Positions 56,951 to 64,000 of a DNA stretch of 64,000 bases are shown piece after piece. The notes under the pieces were generated by a model that did no database searches, was not told the origin of the DNA, and worked only from the letters and a program-made list of their open reading frames with translations. The translations under genes were made by a program, and so were the position numbers. The DNA lies in NCBI GenBank assembly GCA_965153355.1, contig OZ231126.1, forward strand, positions 21,142,001-21,206,000, given 5' to 3'. This DNA is from Flaccisagitta enflata. Lineage: Eukaryota. Each line of letters starts with the position of its first letter. Position 1 is the first letter of the stretch.

Positions 56951-58245
56951 CTCTGAGATCATCCGAGGGACACCCATATCATTCCGAGTAGCGACGCTAC
57001 TCGCTACTCCATAAAAAGCCAGCTCGATCACAAGGTGAATTATTTCCCGTGGCATATTTTTAGCCATGTTCTTGTTTGAATCAAGGCAACGAAAAGCTGC
57101 GACAGGTCGTCATCGTTCTCTCCCAGCTGCAACAGGTCATCATCGTTCCCGCCCAGCGCATCCAGTGGGCAACAGGTTCTATAATCGTTTATTTTTCTCA
57201 GATCGCAGAATCTGTGAATTCGACGAGCGAATTGGCGAATCACCTTCACCAACTAAACTGCATCATTGCCTCTATTGTCTGAACGGAGAAGACTCGCCAG
57301 TTGACAGTCTCGACTGATCGAGATTGTCAGGAACTAGGGATTGTTCTGATGGCGTTCTTATGGCAAATCACTTTTTTTTCGTGTTTACACGAAAGTATTT
57401 ACAATTAGCATGTATCGATATGACTAAAACAAAAAACAAGAGAAAGAAAAAAGTAATAGAATTCTCCAAGCAGTTGAGCTGTCTTTTAGCTTCTATTGAC
57501 ATTAATTTTGGTCTAAAAGAATTGCATCTTGCTTGTTACGCCCCACCTTGAACTTTCCATGGACAGAGAGTGTAAACAAGAAACAACTGAAACATACTTG
57601 ACAGATGAGCTCGAAATTGAGTCAACTTTATCGCAAAATTGATGGGTTTGAGTGGGTTGTGATCGGTAAGTTGTCATGGGGTCAAACCTGCAAGTGTCAA
57701 CCGGGTATTGTAGTGCACGTAAAGACAAACTAAAATCACAAGTCATGATAGGGAATATTTGGCCAATTGAAAATTGCAATTTCATTGCAAATTGGATTTC
57801 AGTAAGAATTTTTATCTCTTTTTTTCTTTGCAAAATTATGAATTTGAATGTGGGTCATAAACTTGTTTACAAACTAAGGTATTTGATGAGTTCAATTTTG
57901 TTTCAGAATTTTTGTCTGTGTGCAAAATGATTCAATTCTCTATCATAAAATCATAAATCAAAATCCTGTTTGTTGAAAATTAGCATATCAATCTTTTTTT
58001 TTTACAAGGGACATCTAATTCATTTTATGTGCATGTGCCATAGAAATTGATAGAATTCATGCAGATATGTATTGACAACTGACGAACGGCCCTCTTTGAG
58101 CCCCAACTACCTTTTGGATAAAAAATTGTCGTATTGTCGTGTTCATTGCTGACAATAATAGAATATTGCGAATCTATTCAAAACTTCATTTCTTTCAATA
58201 ACTCCGCCTTTGTCTGGTTTCTGACCATAGGTTCGTTTCATTGTA

Positions 58246-58656
58246 CACAGCGCAATCTATAGTAGAAAAACTGGACATTAGTCCCCCGGGGAAAAGCCCT
58301 GATTCATTGGTTAAGTTAATTTTAATGGGGGATTTCCCCAAAGAATTCCCCGGGATTAAATTTTGATATTTCTCAGTAAAGCCCAGTTCACTTTAAAGAG
58401 TAATTGTAACAGGTTATTCCCCGGGGGATTCCCCGGAATTGAACTTTGGTATGCTTCAGTAAAGCCCAGTTTATTTAAAAAAATAGTTGTAACAAAAAAT
58501 TTCCCCGGGTATTTCCCCGGGGATTTCCCAGGGGAATACCCCGGAATAAAACTCAAATTTTTCTCAGAAAAGCCCGGTTCACTTTAAAAAGTAATTGCAA
58601 TGGGGATTCCCTGGGGAATTCCCCAGGGGATTAATATCACTACAGATTGCGCTGTG
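58246..58656. mobile_element. Transib-like non-autonomous element (CAC...GTG ends, 5-bp TSD)
   Basis: ttgta|cacagcgcaatctatagt ... actacagattgcgctgtg|ttgta; internal arrays of ccccgggga/ttccccgg palindromic motifs. Confidence 0.75.
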
Positions 58657-59610
58657 TTGTATCCCTTGAAACAAGTCATTTGTTTTTAATTGCTTCTTGA
58701 CTCAAAATCATACTGTGTTCATAGTGTTTAGAGCGAGTGGCAGTAACATTTAATCCTTTTTTAAAAAAAATGGATAGCCAGCCAGATAGTTACATTCGTC
58801 GTTTGTTATTGATGGACTCAGTTTTTGTTGGGGCTGTCCAATACGCATGAGAAAATACGCATGAGAAAATACGAATGAGGAAATCTACAAACAGCAAAAG
58901 CTTTTACCAAAGCCATTTTGTAGTACATTACTCTGTACTTGAATCTGCATCACACAGTAACACTGTTTTTTCGATCAAATCTGCTAACATCCTTAAGTAC
59001 TTCAGTCTCAGAAACTAGCTGGCTGTTAACTGTGCAGTGGCACTTTGAGGCGCACCGTGCAAATCGAATCTTAAAACTGTATGAATACCAACATTGTTTC
59101 TGTCGAAATCTAAGACAAGTGAGCAGTATGAACTAGGCAACGAATGAGCAAGGGCATCCTACAATCTGCTTAAAATTATCAGCTGAATAGCTAATCAGGC
59201 CTTGATTTGTCCTTAACTAAACCATGCAATACATCAAACGAGCTCATTTTGTGATGATAGCGCCACAAAATGGCAAAATAAAACAAAAGACAAAATGATG
59301 GAATACAACATCAAACTTCGTATTGATATCGATACACGGAATTAATGAGTAAGGTACACAGGAAAGAAAAAAAGAATTTGTAGGGATACAAGATGGGAAG
59401 ATGACATCAGAGAAGAAATCCGTAGGGTCAAGAGGACAGAAAAACAAAATGATGAAAGAGGCAAAGAGACATTTTGGAGAGATCTTTTTAAGAAGAAAAG
59501 GGCAAACAATCACGACATCTTCCGAGAGGATTTGAGGTCCGCTGCTGTGGGGAGCGAACAAATGAACACAGCGGAACATTCATATCAGAAGGAGCATCGG
59601 GGAGAGAAGG

Positions 59611-59664
<54 letters not shown>

Positions 59665-60289
59665 AAGAGAGGCAGAAAGACAGGCAAACAGGCAAACAGA
59701 AAGACAGACAGACACGCTAGGCTTGCATGAAGGGATAAATGGAGATGGAGATGGAGATGATGTTGGATAACTGAGCCTTCATTGTGGGCCAAAAAGGGTC
59801 ATGGAAGCGAAAGAAGATAAGATTAAGAAGTGTCAGAGAAAAACAGATTTTGCGGAGCGTTTCTAAAAAAAAAAAAGAATCACAGATTATACAAATGAAG
59901 AAACGAACCACACAATTCGTATTGCGATTATGTACCTCGGTATCATTGAAATGTTTCTATGTTTAAAGATCCCGCCGCAGCGACATCACTCGGACGCCCT
60001 GGGAAGAGATTCGATAGAAAATAAGAACTGACGGACGGGCAAACCTTTTTGTAGATTGTTTCATGTTATAATCGGGAGAACAAGAATAACCTTTTGCTGA
60101 ATTATATCTTAGTGGAATAGCAATTTTTCTCATTTCTACATCACTATATGTGACGTCTCTCTGTGAAGGATTTTGAGCCGCCTTGATTTAACACTGACAA
60201 TAATTTAAAATAAATTACAAAGGAAATCAGAATAAACAAAACCGATTACAAGATAGAATTACATAATTGGCATTTATCCGATGGTTTTT

Positions 60290-61748
60290 TTTTTTATTCT
60301 TTATTTATCATAAATGTCTTTGTTTTTTTAAAGACGATGGAAAAGAATTTATTTACAGCTCGTTTCTTTTACTTGTTTGTGGTTGGATTTTGCGACTAGT
60401 TGAAAAAAAAGAAATGATTGAAAATTGTTGGGAAATGGTGAGATAATGAGACAATGAAACGTCTCACGTGAGACTAGATCAGAACGGAAAAGCATGGAGA
60501 ACAGAATTGTTAAGTATGTATGGAAACACAAGATCTTAATCGAAGACAAAGCACCTCCATAACTGGCTGTGTCCGTCGGTAAGTTGGTCGGTCGGTCTGT
60601 CTGTCTGTCTGTCAGTCGGTAACGCATTCGTTCGACAAACCACTCGTCGCACCTTATTCGGCTACTTGGCCTTGTTTTCAAAACGATAGTTTTTTTTTAC
60701 GATTGACGCGGTATTCAGCCGAGGGACTAGAATCTAGACTAAAAAAAAAAAGAAAGAAAAAAAAGAAAAGAAAGGGATTCAAAGAAATAGAATTGAATTA
60801 TTGAATCTAGTTGAAATTGAAGGCTCATTAATAACGTAACCAATGGCAACGAAGATGGATGGTAGTTTTCTTTTCTCAATTAAAGTTATAAGTTTATCAT
60901 CGATACGATGTGGTCAAGCGCAAAGAGATACAGTTTCGATATCAATGGCCAAAGAATTTCCGTTATCCATATCAATTTTGATGACAAATCATGGCATGTC
61001 ATTTTATGACAACTTAAAGCATTTGTGAACATTCGACATGCCAACACGATTTGCTTTTAGATTTGGAGGGTTGGAGAGTTGGAGGGTGAAAGAGGGCCCG
61101 GGTTAAGGAAGCAATAGAAAATTCCAAATGAGGGGAAAAAGAAAAAAAATGGAGAAAGCAAGAAATCAAATTTGATATAAAACAAAGGTGCAAAAAAAAA
61201 TAAAAATAAAAATAAAAATAAAATAAAATAAAATTACAACTGCAAGAGAAAAGGTAAGATTTAAGAGAGAAAAGGGTTGCTGGGCTGGAGGGTAGACATG
61301 GGTATTTAGGAAGTCAAGTTTTAATTAAATTAAAGCGTTCGTGGATCTTTTTCAGGGTGTTATAAGTTGTATTTAATCGGAGTCGGCATGTTGAGCTGAG
61401 TTGATCCGGGCGAGTTTGTTGAGCGAAGCTTCGGGGTTTGGACGCTTCTTTTCCGGCACCAGAAGAGAGTCCGCTTCAGACGACGCTGTCTGAAATATCA
61501 GCCACAGTAGAACTCCAAGGCCAGCCGCATCCGGATCGGCAACAGCTGCAGCATCTGCAACGGCGCGTCGACAGCGTCAGCATCTGCAACGGCGTGTCGA
61601 CAGCATCAGCAGCATCAACGACAGCATGGACAAATTGTCTATATATATCCGGCCGTTGCATTGATGATTCGAGGAAATGTCTGCTGCGGCTCGGCAACGG
61701 TTATTGGCGTTGCGCAAAGTCTGCTGCAGCTGCAGCTGCTGCGCGTTG
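60290..61748 (-). other. Putative 3' UTR of the Hox gene (extent uncertain)
   Basis: GC-rich proximal part, then a U-rich stretch (plus-strand A-rich 61130-61235). Minus-strand AATAAA hexamers lie near 60292-60306. The end point is inferred only. Confidence 0.35.
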
Positions 61749-61850
61749 TCAATTGGAGTCTGCGGCTGTGGAGTCGGGGCCGACGGAGACCTTGTTCCGT
61801 TCTCGAAGCTTCTTTGTCTTCATCCGGCGGTTTTGAAACCAGATCTTCAC
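61749..61850 (-). CDS. Posterior-class Hox gene, terminal coding exon (homeodomain residues 45-60 plus short C-tail)
   Basis: ctttctcgtctctctttcag|GTG AAG ATC TGG TTT CAA AAC CGC CGG ATG...; translates VKIWFQNRRMKTKKLRERNKVSVGPDSTAADSN* and splices in frame to the 63727-63822 exon. Q50/M54, a non-W residue at 56, and EY/YIT motifs indicate posterior Hox rather than central Hox or Cdx (Cdx has A54). Confidence 0.95.
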   Translation of the reverse strand: MKIWFQNRRMKTKKLRERNKVSVGPDSTAADSN

Positions 61851-63726
<1,876 letters not shown>

Positions 63727-63822
63727 CTGACGTTCTGTGAGACTCAAGTTTCTGGCCAATTCTAATCTCCGTTGGCGTGTAATGTAGGTTGACATCAAAT
63801 ATTCTTGCTCCAATATGAACGT
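63727..63822 (-). CDS. Posterior-class Hox gene (Abd-B/Hox9-13/Post-like), internal homeobox exon, homeodomain residues 13-44
   Basis: Minus strand reads ttttttattccttgccag|ACG...CAG|gtaatt: 96 nt, phase 0 at both ends, translating TFILEQEYLMSTYITRQRRLELARNLSLTERQ (helix 1 to start of helix 3). Polypyrimidine tract, AG acceptor and GT donor are canonical. Upstream exons are outside the window. Confidence 0.95.
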
Positions 63823-64000
63823 CTGGCAAGGAATAAAAAAGAACGGATGGTTAGCAAATGTAATCTAAAATGTTGATTCTTTAGTCACATTTTCAACATT
63901 AAAAATTCACTTATCCGTAGGTCAGTAATCAAATTTTTAGGAATTTATGCAGAGTCTGCCTTGCATACTTTAACTTGAGAAGACCAGACACCACCGATAA

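Noticed and set aside
56950-57350. GC-richer unique block with short ORFs on both strands
   Set aside because: No recognisable domain or convincing splice-site pair, so it cannot be supported as an exon.

Overview
Repeat-rich, low-gene-density animal (invertebrate-like) genomic DNA; it is not prokaryotic. The one confidently recognisable host gene is at the right end on the minus strand. It comprises the last two coding exons (63727-63822 and 61749-61850) of a posterior-class Hox gene (Abd-B/Hox9-13/Post type), whose homeobox is split by introns at codons 12/13 and 44/45; the 5' part of the gene lies beyond the window. The other ~61 kb, 3' of this gene, shows no further homeobox by eye. It is a mosaic of microsatellites, at least four families of Helentron/DINE-1-like non-autonomous elements (HINEs), TA-flanked Tc1/mariner-type MITEs, hAT-type MITEs with 8-bp TSDs, Sola-like and Transib-like elements, a 5'-truncated LINE and a Tc1 transposase remnant, several of them multiply nested. 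Most interesting observations: (1) a leaky UGA-C stop followed by a possible stem-loop and an in-frame poly-Ala extension in the Hox gene (candidate stop-codon readthrough); (2) a CACAG-ended, 5-bp-TSD element with an RSS-like left end; (3) promoter-like islands combining CCAAT, YY1, CRE/E-box and posterior-Hox sites; (4) covarying hairpin architecture across sequence-divergent HINE families. Almost all ORFs in the supplied track are artefacts of simple repeats. All coordinates were read by eye and no database searches were run.
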